From Eutreptiella sp. 'Long Island Sound 2002' (lineage: Eukaryota; Protista; Euglenida), in contig OZ038378.1 of the NCBI GenBank assembly GCA_964036045.1, positions 22,320,001 through 22,384,000 of the forward strand: DNA of 64,000 nucleotides, written 5' to 3'. The position numbers and the translations under genes are program-made. Every line of letters starts with the position of its first letter. The first letter of the stretch is position 1. Below, in pieces: positions 9,701-20,900 of this stretch. The notes under the pieces are model-generated. The model searched no databases, had not been told where the DNA came from, and was given only the letters and a program-made list of their open reading frames with translations.

Positions 9701-12700
9701 GACCAGGTGCATATTCATCCACAGAAAGAGGCAATGCAACCCGATACTCTCGGATAATGCTTGGGACAAATCCTGACGGGATCCAATACGAGTCTGTTCC
9801 ACCCAATGCCAGGAACTCACTCAACAGGTTCTGGGTTTCGTTGACACCACCAACGGGACGAAGTATCCTTTCGATTTGCCGAGCCCGTCGCTGCTCTGGA
9901 GTTTGGCGAGTACTGCACCCACAGGAAAGCATTATTAGGAACACAAGGCGATGACTGTCAAAACAGAAAACAGACACTGAGATAGAACACTGGGCTCAGC
10001 AGAAATGACGCCTGCACCTTGCACTGCGTTGCTTCATGTTCGCAGGTGCATGTGTGTCTTTTCAGTCTTGGATACGACACGGGAGGAGATAACACCGGGT
10101 TTCCCAGTGTGGCAGAGTGGTGGCTATGGGTAGCTGCAGGACAGCAGTGGCTGTGCATGCACAAAGCAACATTACTGGCAATATGCCGGGCGTACATCGG
10201 GTGATGTAAGCTATAAAGAGAAAAAAGGGGGGGGGGCAAGTGTGTTGTCGGAATACAAACACCACGTGCAGTGAGGCACCGTGGTGTCCAGCCAATCTTT
10301 ACACCCACCCACGCCCTACAGGTCATAATCTTAGTTCTGGCGTCTACCGTCACGGGGTCCCCAACGCCTAGCGCAGAGACAAAATCGCAAGTGGCCATTT
10401 CACCCCTGGCGTCTCAGGGGCCCACATACGGGCGAAGTGGCTACCGAACCCCTGCCGTCTCAGGTCTCAAAATGGTCAGGTTGCAGTGTCTGCCCGCATA
10501 AGGCTCTGGCCGCGCCTGCCCCACAGCCTTCATTGCCTTCTGTCCATCGTGCCATTGTTCGGCGGCATCACAGTGCGATTTGTGAGCTCCTGCTCATCCC
10601 TCCACCCTGTGTCTGCTCACCATCCTGGCCCTCTGGGCTCTACTGGTTTAGGCGTGCATACTGGTCAGAGGTCACTCCCTGTGTTGCTTTGCGCTGGCCC
10701 CATTCGGCCACATCAGGTTTGGGCTTTGACGGGGCCTTAGGTGGAAGAACTCAGTGGGTACAGGGTTGGCTGAGGTCAATGAACACACAACATTCAACAT
10801 TAAGGGGCAGAAGCAGTGTGACCCTTGGGTACTGCATGACACCGTTGAAGCTGTGGAGGGGGAGTCCGACGCGGATGTCACTGAGTGAGTCTCTCGTGAC
10901 AAAGTCTAGACTTACTCAGGTGAAAAATGTAACTCTTGTAGAAAAATATTATCAAATCGCATAATTTTTTTACAGTAAGTTGTGTAATTTTTTTTTGCGG
11001 TGGAGTGTGTAAATTTGGGGGGGGGATTGAATTTTTTTTGCGGTAAATGTGTGTATTGTTTATTTGCGGTAAATCGTGCAAATTTATTTTAAACAAATTG
11101 AAAAATTGCGGCACCAACAGTGATTCCTCATCTTGAGGGGGGGGGGGGGGGGGCTGCTTGTCCTCCCTGGGGTGGAGTGTACGGAGATGCGTCCGAACAA
11201 CAACGGCGACCAGCGCCACTCCATGTCCGTGAGGTCGTCTGCTTGCCCACCCTTGATGCCAATTTGTGATGGCACATGAAGCCATTTGATTTCATTGCCA
11301 AACTTTTCGCTGAGCTCTGGGATTTGTGTCACCGGGTCCAAATGTTTAAGTGTGGCCGATGTATTTTGCCACTTGTGCCGCACGGGGGGGGCGTAGCAAC
11401 GGGCCATACGCCGACTCCCTCCCACTTTCCAGCCAATTTCAGGGCGGGGGGGTCTGGGGCCGGCTGAAGGGGATGGGGGGGCCACGGGCCCCAACATATA
11501 TGGCTTAAAATGACCCCCTCATCTCGGTAGACATTTTTGCGGTATGTATGTTGGCAAAAAAAAATTGCAACAGGGGGGGGGGGGGCATGGTAGGTGGTAC
11601 TTGTGTTTAAGGGCATGGCAAGTGGGCGGAAATGCTAACCCTTGCATTCTCGGGGGTCCCCAACAAAGGGGACAACATCAAAGTGGGCCCACAAGTGGGC
11701 GGAAACGCTACATCACCCCTGCATTCTCGGGGGTCCCCAAAGAAAGGGGGACACAATCAGAATTGGTGGGGCCCACAAGTGGGCGGAAATGCTACATCAC
11801 CCCTACATTCTCGGGGGTCCCCAACAAAGGGGACAACATCAAAGTGGGCCCACAAGTGGGCGGAAATGCTACATCACCCCTGCATTCTCGGGGGTCCCCA
11901 AAGAAAGGGGGGCAAAATCAGAATTGGCGGGGCCCACAAGTGGGCGGAAATGCTACATCACCCCTGCATTCTCGGGGGTCCCCAACAAAGGGGACAACAT
12001 CAAAGTGGGCCCACAAGTGGGCGGAAATGCTACATCACCCCTGCATTCTCGGGGGTCCCCAAAGAAAGGGGGACAAAATCAGAATTGGCGGGGCCCACAA
12101 GTGGGCGGAAATGCTACATCACCCCTGCATTCTCGGGGGTCCCCAACAAAGGGGACAACATCAAAGTGGGCCCACAAGTGGGCGGAAATGCTACATCACC
12201 CCTGCATTCTCGGGGGTCCCCAAAGAAAGGGGGACAAAATCAGAATTGGCGGGGCCCACAAGTGGGCGGAAATGCTACATCACCCCTGCATTCTTGGGGG
12301 TCCCCAAAGAAAGGGGGACAAAATCAGAATTGGATGCCTAACCCCTGCCTTCTGGGAGGCCCACAAGTGGGCCGAAATGCTACATCACCCCTGCATTCTC
12401 GGGGATCCCCAACACAGGGGACAAAGTCAAAGCAAAAAAAAAAAGGAAAAAAACAAATACAAAAATTGTCCCATGGTGTCCCTGACCCTACCTACAGTCC
12501 TGCAGATTGACCCCACTGGGGTTTGAACCCAGGACCTTCCAATTGCAGAGGCACTGCTTTACCACTAGGGTATGGCCCATCTCTGACATACTTCTGCACA
12601 GGGGTGATATTCATATTTGGTCCAATTTGGTTTTCATCCACTATTGGGTTCTCCTGAAAAAACTGAGCATTTCGAGCATAGACGCATGGGGTGGAAACCC

Positions 12701-15700
12701 ATTTTTTCACCCTCTACTAAGTCAAGCGAGATTTCCTTAGGGCGCCTTCGACGCCCATGGTCCGGCACTTTCCAGCCAAAACCCGGCAGGGAGGGGGGGG
12801 GGGAGTGGGCGTAAAGGGTCCGGTCCAGGTACCCCCCCCCTTGTTGTGCCGGCACAATTGTTGCGCGCAGCCAATGCAGTCAGCAAAGAATTGGGGCTAA
12901 TGAGGGGGCACCGATGAACCTGTTGTCGGTGCAGAATGAGGAAGGCAACGTGCAGTTCACCCCGGTTATTCGTTTGGTCCTCGCCCACTGGGATGTAGTC
13001 TGCGGCATCCCTATGGTCTCCAAAGAAAACGCCACCCACCCGCATACTCAAAGTTACGAGCCCCATCTACAATAGACAACTAGCTAGGCCACTCAAGGGC
13101 TTGCAAAGTCTCATCTCAATCCTCCGGGACATAAGTGGGGAGTTGCACTCAACCCGATGTCATCCGTCAAGCATGCAACGCCCATAGGCATGCTCGCCTG
13201 ACGTGCCCATCCGTATCCCCAACCGAAAAGGAGCTTATGCCCCTCAGACGTCATAGGTTAAGTAGTCACTTCCGATTTTGTCCCCGTGTTGGGTTCTAGG
13301 GACCGTTGAGATGGTAGGTGTTATGTAGACACTTTGCCCTTGTGTGGGCTCTTGAGACCCTAGCGGTTGAGTAACCACTTCCGATTTGGTGCCCCCGCTG
13401 CCCTAGAGACACCACCGTTATGTAGCCCCTTTCAATTCTGTGCGTGCATTGGGTTCTGGGGACCCGGGTTGCCAAGGGTTAGGCAGCCACTTCTGATTTT
13501 GTACCCTTTCGGGTGCTGGGGACCCCGAGACAGTAGGGGTTATGCAGCCACTTCGCCCAAACGCGAACCCCCAAGAGGGCAAGGGCGAAGGAGTCACTTC
13601 TAATTGTGTCCGCGCACCCCCCCCCACCCTGTGACAGCTAATTGGCAACTGCGTGACACCGCCTGCCCGGTTTGTGGACAGCTAGAAACGTCTCAGCATG
13701 TGGAGAAAAGATGCAAATACATCTCAGTGGCCCTACGCACATTGCAACGCAGTGCCCAGGGCGAGGGTCTGTGGATGAGGATCCAAAAGCAAACCCAACG
13801 GTGATCTTGTGGGGAAAACTAGAGCTATCCCTCACCACCACCCTGGGCATCACACTGTGGTCTGTGGTCTGTCTTTAGGGTGGCTTGGTCCCAACAATGC
13901 ATGCATAAGCTACATAATGGGTCCCCCCACATGCGACTAGTTCCTAGTGCTGTGGGAAAGGTAATGGAGGGATGGGGAGAGCACCCCCCACACACACGTT
14001 GCGGAAAGACAAAATGCAGGTGCTCATCCAAGCACTGCAGTCCATGGCAAACACCACAGTCCTGCAACATCCAAGGGTAGCACTGTCCTCTATACAGTCA
14101 CCTCCAAAAATTTTCCGCCTGGCGCATAAACGGAAAAAAAAGTTTCTCCAGGTAGCGGAGCTAGCAGCACAGCATGAGGCCATCGTCCACACATACCAAC
14201 CACAAGGATGGCACATCATACACCAAGACACATCGTCTAAAAAACACCCGGACATTGGGCACACGGTGCACACATAGCGTGCAGTGCGCTCCGATGTTAA
14301 GCCCCGCATCTGATCTAGAGGTCTTTGTTGTTTTCGGGGGTTGTTTTGATGGATGTTGTTCCTTATTGGGACACATTTGCATGATTTTCTGGGTTTCATC
14401 ACTTGTTTTTTAGATACCTGGTTGCTGAAAAACCGGCGTCGTTGAGAAATACACAAGCAAAACACGAAAAAATGTCAGAACAGTATGCAAAATGACAAGA
14501 ATCAGATAAACTACACAACAAAGTGACCCAAAACCTTCCTCAAGCAATGCAAAATATCAATAAACACAAATATACATCCATATACATCGATATACAATGA
14601 TGGCTGCCCCAAAAAACAGCTTTTTTTTGTCAAACACACATTTTTAAGAGTATATCCATAATTAACCCGCTGATGTATTAAATGCTGCCAACGTGGGGAC
14701 AAAATTGGAGGTGGCTACACAACCCTTGGCATCTCAAGGGACCACAGAGGGGCGAAGGGCTGGATAACCCCTGCCATCTCAAGGGTCCCTAGAACCCCAA
14801 ATGGGGACAAAATTGGAAACGGCAACGTCAGCCCTGCCATCTGAGGGGCCCACGGAGGGGCAAAGTGAGATAATACCTGCCGTCTCAGGGGTCCCTAGTG
14901 CCCAACACAGGGAAAAATCAGAAAAGGCTATTGAGGCCCTAATCCAGCAGACCAACAAAAAATCAACAACCAAACAGTCAATCCACAACTTGAACAAAGC
15001 CTGTGCAAATGCAGTTGATGTGCAAACCGAGATGACACCAACTCTGACACCCAAAGGGCGACTTCATGCCTGTTCAACACCTAGTTGCAAAACACACCAA
15101 CCCTTTGCACTTGATAATTTGCATCTGCAGCATCACCATCATTGCCAATGATACATCCAAATCTGAATCATTAGTTACAGTCTGCAGAGAATCTCAGTGT
15201 AAACACACAACGCCTTAGCAACGCAACCACAAAAGTGCCATTGGGCTCCCTAGGCCTCCAGCTGCAGGACTGCTGTGAGGTGTTGCTTGTGGTGCACCAG
15301 GTATGTCATGGGAGCACTTTCTTGTTTGAGCTCACAACCGGAGTTGATCCAAACTCCACCTATTCATCAAAACCTGATGGTCCTGTGGCATCCATGGTTG
15401 ACACAGGGCATCAGAGACCATGAATTGAAGAACACAAAGCATTCATATGCACAGCATTCATGATATGGATTACACACAGTAAGAGGGTGGCCCAGGGGTA
15501 GAGGCAGGGGGGGGGCGTCAGCTGCTGTAATAGAATACTTAAGGGGCGTTCCTGATCTACAGCTGAGCACCTCCCACAACCCTGCCCAACATCAACACCC
15601 ATGAAACACAGTATGCCGTGCGCAGCTGGGCCCTTACTGCAAAGTCTTTTAAAAGACAGTGATGTCCTTGTGAATTCAACCATGGGGAAGACAACGAAGC

Positions 15701-16904
15701 CTGCATTGCATTCATTCTAATTACAAGAGAGTCCAAAACCTTCAACACCACTGCTATTTGGGCGAGACAGTATAATTTTTCCATGGACCTCCATGAGGAC
15801 TGTTTTGTGGCCCGTACCCACCGAATGCAGCGTGTGGGACTAAGCCTCCTATCTCTCAACCCATCTCGAAGCCACTCACAGTGTCCATGAGATCTACTGT
15901 GTACCAGTGTTGAAGTGCATTGCACCTTGAACCTTCCAGGGCGGCGCTGCAAGTCGGGGGGTGGAGATTTGGTGCATCCGAAGTTGTTCACCATGGCACA
16001 GGCCTGGTTCTGGCATGTGTCACCAGGATACGAATCGGTTATGGGTTCTTGTTACTGCGGCGCATTCGCGACTGGTTTCTCTTGTCCTCCTTGTTCCTGG
16101 CCCTGTCCTCCTCCTCCTCCTCCCCCTCCTGCAGCTGGGATCTGTTGTTGTGGATACATTGAATTGGTTCACAATGCACGGATCATAGAACGGTGGTTGT
16201 TGAATGTTGCTGCCATCCTTGTCCGTGCATATTTCAACGTCTGTCATATTGTGTACCATTCTTCCGACACAGTAGCAGATTGGGGTGACAAACTGGGTTG
16301 ATGGTAAATGCCCTCGGCTAGACAACCTCCAATGGCCGCCAGTCGGTGGGTATTGATTGACTGATCTTTCACAGCGGAGAAACGTGCTCCGAGAGGCATG
16401 GTGCACGTAACAGCCCCACCTGTTGTGGACACACACGGCGATTGGGTTGGGTGGGGCACGGACTGGGGTCAAAATAACAATGTCTCACCATTGCATCAAC
16501 GGGGAGGCCAGCAGGAAACTTAGGCTTTCGTGATGTAGTGCACACTCTGCGGCGGGACCAATTAGGGTTGAAAAATATATCTCATATGCAACACACAAGC
16601 CTCTTTGGGCCCAGCATGTCCTCATTCATACACCTTCCCACCATCCGTTCCATCTTTCACGGTGTCAAGCAGGCCCTGGCTGGCTCCACTTACCCCCCTG
16701 AACCACATCACATCTACTCGCTGAGTCACGGATCACGTCTCCTGCAGGGCTGTCTGCTGCCCTGCCAAACAGCCCTGGACTTTCAGCTGCGGCCATGAAC
16801 AGGTTTCGGATCCCCTGCCATTGCCTCCATCGCCTTGTCGCCGTGTGCGCGAGGATGTGCATGAGCAGTGGCCGGCCGGCGTGCACAGTCGTCAGGGACG
16901 CCAT
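6717..16904 (-). CDS. Tentative multi-exon FAM86/EEF2KMT-like (Methyltransf_16) protein methyltransferase
   Basis: Proposed phase-compatible exons: 16904-16694 (GTAAGT donor; GIRNLFMAAA), 8885-8703 (GTGAGT donor; LYPPAAKVFACMVKQ...GHNG), micro-exon 8602-8590, 8202-8156 (GC donor), and 8038 onward, giving ILEMSAGTGTLGIVAS (SAM motif I-like). Terminal exon 7011-6717 (RNARQF...). These motifs line up in order with remembered FAM86A motifs (FERRFLAAR, HPPSVKY, GTTG, LELGSGAGLTG, RNPET). Middle exons are unresolved. Confidence 0.45.
8462..8575 (+). repeat. Degenerate pentamer (CATGA/CATGG-like) satellite
   Basis: ACATGATACGACATGATGTGGCATGACACGATATGACATGAC...GGCATGG. Confidence 0.6.
8949..9932 (-). 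CDS. PITP: Phosphatidylinositol transfer protein (class I PITP, START-like fold), single exon, ~327 aa
   Basis: Motifs IREYRVALPLSVDEY, GEGVEI-like GHEGVEIV, QYTHKILHL, KVPSFLRMLAP, WNCYP, KTGRGPL and KWWGLQ, with a C-terminus GSVKGM. The likely ATG is at 9932, just after an AG acceptor with a pyrimidine tract (9956-9955). Confidence 0.95.
   Translation of the reverse strand: MLSCGCSTRQTPEQRRARQIERILRPVGGVNETQNLLSEFLALGGTDSYWIPSGFVPSIIREYRVALPLSVDEYAPGHHYALMEFSRRNTGGHEGVEIVVNEPREEVIPVDPSGIVRKSQYTHKILHLSQKVPSFLRMLAPTGSLVVHQMTWNCYPLLFTAYKNDYMKDSFVMVIETRFEADAGQTENIFNLSAAELSKRVVDVVDFVNDPCDPRDYKASEDPSTFVSQKTGRGPLGAGWVNEQSPVMCCYSLYRLSCKWWGLQSKMESLIIRSVRRILYNMARLAWCSVDSWLGMSMEEIRAMEAQTKQYLDDIRNSGSVKGMAEK
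11200..11383 (-). mobile_element. Non-LTR retrotransposon remnant: C-terminal half of RNase H
   Basis: RHKWQ...IKWLHVPSQIGIKG..ADDL..RWSPLL, a degraded form of the HVPSHxGIxGNExAD motif. Confidence 0.75.
11619..12420 (+). repeat. Higher-order satellite of alternating 77-bp and 84-bp monomers (161-bp period)
   Basis: CAAGTGGGCGGAAA starts at 11619, 11692, 11776, 11853, 11937, 12014, 12098, 12175 and 12259. The monomers share a ~48-bp core and alternate two tails. Confidence 0.95.
12508..12580 (-). mobile_element. tRNA-Cys(GCA)-derived SINE head or tRNA pseudogene
   Basis: A box TAGTGGTAAAG, anticodon loop CTGCAAT, and a perfect T arm CTGGG-TTCAAAC-CCCAG. The acceptor stem is poorly paired. 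Confidence 0.65.
12841..13350 (-). mobile_element. Non-LTR retrotransposon remnant: N-terminal half of RNase H
   Basis: VY(fs)VDGA...GVFFGDHRD...EDQTNNRGEL, matching the RNase H QTNNRAEL motif, with frameshifts. Confidence 0.75.
13620..14350 (+). mobile_element. Decayed non-LTR retrotransposon fragment (zinc finger plus start of RNase H)
   Basis: CPVCGQLETSQHVEKRC (CxxC-ET-H-C knuckle), then WHIIHQDTSSKKHPDIG (degenerate IYTDGS motif); stop codons present. Confidence 0.6.
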
Positions 16905-17986
16905 CGAGTTCCCCCTTGGGCGGCCTAACAGCCTCAATATTGGTCACCAAATGCAGAACCCAATCCTCCTCCAGTGTCTGCCTGTCTGCCTCCCTCCCTC
17001 CCTCCCTCATCCCCCCCCCCTTCCCCGCACTGCCCACTAAGTTCCATTTGTCGCACATGGGACAGCGTATGGTTATGGGACAGTCTGTGGTCATGTGCTA
17101 TTACAGCGGTTGTGCATTTTTCACACTGCCGCTTGGGCTCAGCTGCAGGGGAGCTGAATGCCCGACGGCACATCGCTTGAGCCACCTCAAGAACAAGCGT
17201 CCCTGTGCGCCTGACTGCCTTGTTTCATGCCGTTAAGAGCGACTGTCTCGGCCAAATTGGTGACATCGGCCGTGCAACGGCAATGCTGCTCTTGTGCTTT
17301 GGCAACTGCCTGAATTTTTGGTGCCATCCCAACCCCTCTGGCGATGCAACACTTGCCTCTCAGCATTGGTGTGTGCCACAAACATGACTGCGGTGTTACA
17401 GTAGCACCGGTGTGTCCCCCAAAGATGACACCAGTACTCCCAGAAATACACTGTTGCCTCTCACTAACACAACACTGTCATCTCCAACATGACACCGTTG
17501 CACCCCAAGCAGTTCCTCGCTCGGCTCAATGCCCACCCATGACCTCGCTGTGAGAGTCCACAACACTACCACAAAGCTTCGGCCCTTGTGCATCACCACG
17601 TCCTGCCGCATGATCATGGGCCCTCACCCTCCACCCCACCTTGCGCATACAACAAGTATAAAAAGATGTTCTGGTTTGTAATGCATCGGTGCCAGTGGCA
17701 TCGACCCACCATGACCACCTTATCCAAGGAATCAAGTGACAGCAGCCAGTCAGCAGCATGGAAGTGGTGCGCATTCCACATTACTTAACAATTGTCGTAT
17801 CTCTTTGCTCCCGCAGTTGGGGGCTTCGCTCAAAGTGCTCTAACGTCGCTCGAACAGCAGCGCTCCCACGGTACGAATTGTAGAGGGCCTTGTTTCTTTC
17901 GTTCTGGAAGCATCCAGCTTAGCTGCCACTGTCTTCTCAAGAGAAATACGACCCCTGACCCTGCCCTTGTACCATGATACATGTCT

Positions 17987-20900
17987 TTACACTTCAATGA
18001 AGGTCGCATTCCAGTGGGCCTTATCACAAGGTTGCCTGGTCAACGCAGGAATGATGGCCAGCTGCGGAACGCCGTTGAAGAAATCCTTCTTGAACTCCGG
18101 CCTGCAAAGGGAAAAAAGCCATTAAAATCACAAATTGGACTGGACTGCCGCGGACATTGATGGAGAAAAAGCGGTAGATTGTTGGTTTGGGACAGGGATG
18201 TATGTACTGCGTCCATTTCTCTGTGTCCCACAGTTTCTGTCTCCCTGTCTGTGTCTGGCTCTCTGCCTGCTTGCCTGTCTCTCTCCGTCTGCCTGTCTGT
18301 CTGCTTCTCAGCCAATCTGCCTGCGTGCCTGCCTGTTGTGTCCGTCTGCCCACCTGATTGTTTGCGTGCCTGTCTTTCTGCCTATCTCTTGTGTCTGCCC
18401 TCCCTGCCTTGGAGGCTGGTGGGGCAGTGGCTCTGAAGCAGCTGGTCCTTGTGTGCGTGCCAGTAAGCCCCCCCCCGTCCAAAGGGCCGTCCTTGGCGGG
18501 GATCTGTCTCCCCACGAAAAGCCCTGGTCATGGCCTTTCCGGCTTTCGTGACTGCTGCACTTTGCACAGTTCTTACACAAGAGATGCGGATGGGCTTGTC
18601 ATCAGATGTGGGGCAGTGAGGTGGGAAGTGCTTCCCCACATAGCACAGCACAGTGCTGCATGCTGCAGGCACTAGTGGTGAATTGCACGAGGGCAACAGC
18701 AGGACCTGAAGTATGGGTGTTCGTTGATCTCAATAATATAATACTGCCCTGTTGCACTTTTGAGGATGTCCAGCCCTGAATGAAATGTGCACACGTTTGG
18801 AACATCAGATACATCTCAAACGACCAGCTGACTGCCACTCGAAAAAGCCCAGGCAAGCACATGCATACATGCAAGCACAACAAGAACATGTTTCATATGC
18901 ACAAGCACACACACACACACACACACCCCACCGAACACACAGGCACACACAGATACACAGGCACATAGGCGCGTACGCACGCACAAGCACACGCCCGATG
19001 GATAGGAGCACGCAGTACGACTACAGCGTTGTGCAGTGTAGCACAGGTGAGGGTGGTGCCAAGCTGCCCTTGGTGCTGAAGCATGCGTGCAGGCGTTAGG
19101 GCTGCAAACCAGGGAAGCCAGGTCCAGACTGCGGTTCAGGTTCAGGGCCGAAGCGGTGTCTCCCTCCCCATGGGTATTGCATCGGCCTCCGCCTTCAGGT
19201 AACAGCGCCTTCAACACACATATACACGTGCATGCACGGACACGCACGCACACAGGTGGTCCTGTAGGACCACCTTCCAGCTTCCTTAATCTCACTGCGG
19301 CCCGTAAGAATCTACCCTCAGTCATGCACCGAGCCAAGCCTATTTCTCGGTACAGCAATTGACTACCCTCCATGGTCTGTTCTATGAAGGCAATATGAAG
19401 GGACTGCTAAATAAATGTTTCCACGTGAGGATGCGTGGTTGTTTTTGGGGCATGCCGCCAGCACAACAAAATTTTGCGTGTGTGGGTGGGTATTTGGGAT
19501 TTGGTGTTGAAGCGTAAGGGCGGTGGGGACCTAATCAAGGTGAGCTAAGCAGAGGTGTCGTAGGTAGAGTGGAGGTGGTTGATCAATTGATCCCTGAATT
19601 CACTTCATAGAAGCAGTGCTTGGACCACCCGGACGAAAATAAAATGCGTCTCACTAAGCTGATGTAGCGGATTACTTCATGAACTGCAGATTAGCGGTAT
19701 CTAAATCATTGGGTGATTTGTCCGTTATAAAAAACAATGGGGTGTCCGATGGTAGGTCCTCTTCCCACAGTGACATGTTGCACTTCTGAATCATCCATTT
19801 TGCAAGACCATATATTTGTAAAACGCTCCATGTGGCATGGGTTTGCGTCGCACAGCTGGACAGCGGACAATCAGCTTATTGATGCGAACCTTCAGCGCAT
19901 CATTAGCTTGACATGGCATCTATCACGCTTCCCCTTCCACAGAATTTGGAAGAGCAGTACTTTTCCAGCAGCATTCGTAACAGGCGTGGCTGTGACCGCT
20001 CATTTCTCATTGCCATGCGCAATAGCAACATTTTTCATACCTGCCATCTCATGTACACCTGTTTGTTGCGGAAAATACTGCAATGGTGTTCCAACTGGAG
20101 CATGTTATGCCTAGATAGGAGTGAAACGAAACCCATACGCATTTGGATGCCGTATGCACCTGGGTATCCAAAATACATCAACAACCAATGTACACCACAC
20201 ATTATCTTGAACGAACGTCTGCGTTTGTCGACGGTTGCTGATCTGTGTCATTGTGTCTCCATGAAAAGCGACTTGGCAGCTTCAAATGGCCGGATTGAAT
20301 GAGGTCCGGACTGCAATCGTTGGAACTCTGCTCTTGGAGGACCCAAGAATTTGCAATTCCTTTTTACGAATGAACACACAAGAAATTGGGCTACAAAGGG
20401 TGACTGTGCCCATGAGTTCAATACTGCTGCGAGATACCACTCTGAGAGCTGGGAAAAAATGCATGCACACATGCAGCAGAAGCACATGCACAACAAGAAC
20501 AAACAAAACTAAACCTCAAAAATGCAAAAAGACAGCAATGGGACCACACATGGTGCATGGAACACCCCAAAGAGCCGCCTAATTGTTGAGAGAAAATTGT
20601 GGGCACCCTCGGAATCTCCATCAGAAATTTCGCAGACACCACCAGACATTGCGTGGCCAACGCACCATGATCTCCCCCCATCCTGCACGACCGGTGGCTG
20701 CTCCAGAAGATTCATGAGGAACAAATTCATACCCAAATATGCGTAGCCATGTCCCTCTGGGCGAACAACTCTCTTCATGCAATCCGCCCAGGCAGTGAGA
20801 AACGATAACAGTGAGCCAGAACCTGCAATGCACAAAGGCACACACCAATATACCCCGTCCCCAACTACAGTACCCTCTCAGATTTACGGTGCAAAACCAT

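Noticed and set aside
11619-12420. CRISPR-like array (constant ~48-bp repeat with a hairpin, plus 29/36-bp spacers)
   Set aside because: The spacers are only two sequences alternating, there are no cas genes, and the context is eukaryotic. It is a satellite.
11544-12526. Three ~270-294-aa repetitive ORFs
   Set aside because: All three frames are open because the satellite lacks stop codons; no coding signal.
12508-12580. Functional tRNA-Cys gene
   Set aside because: The acceptor and D stems have several mismatches, and it is embedded in a mobile insert.
19010-19215. Cys-rich exon-like segment (CYLK / CSPNAC)
   Set aside because: It would interrupt the IELM-GLD catalytic motif of the TTL gene, and no consistent splice model was found.
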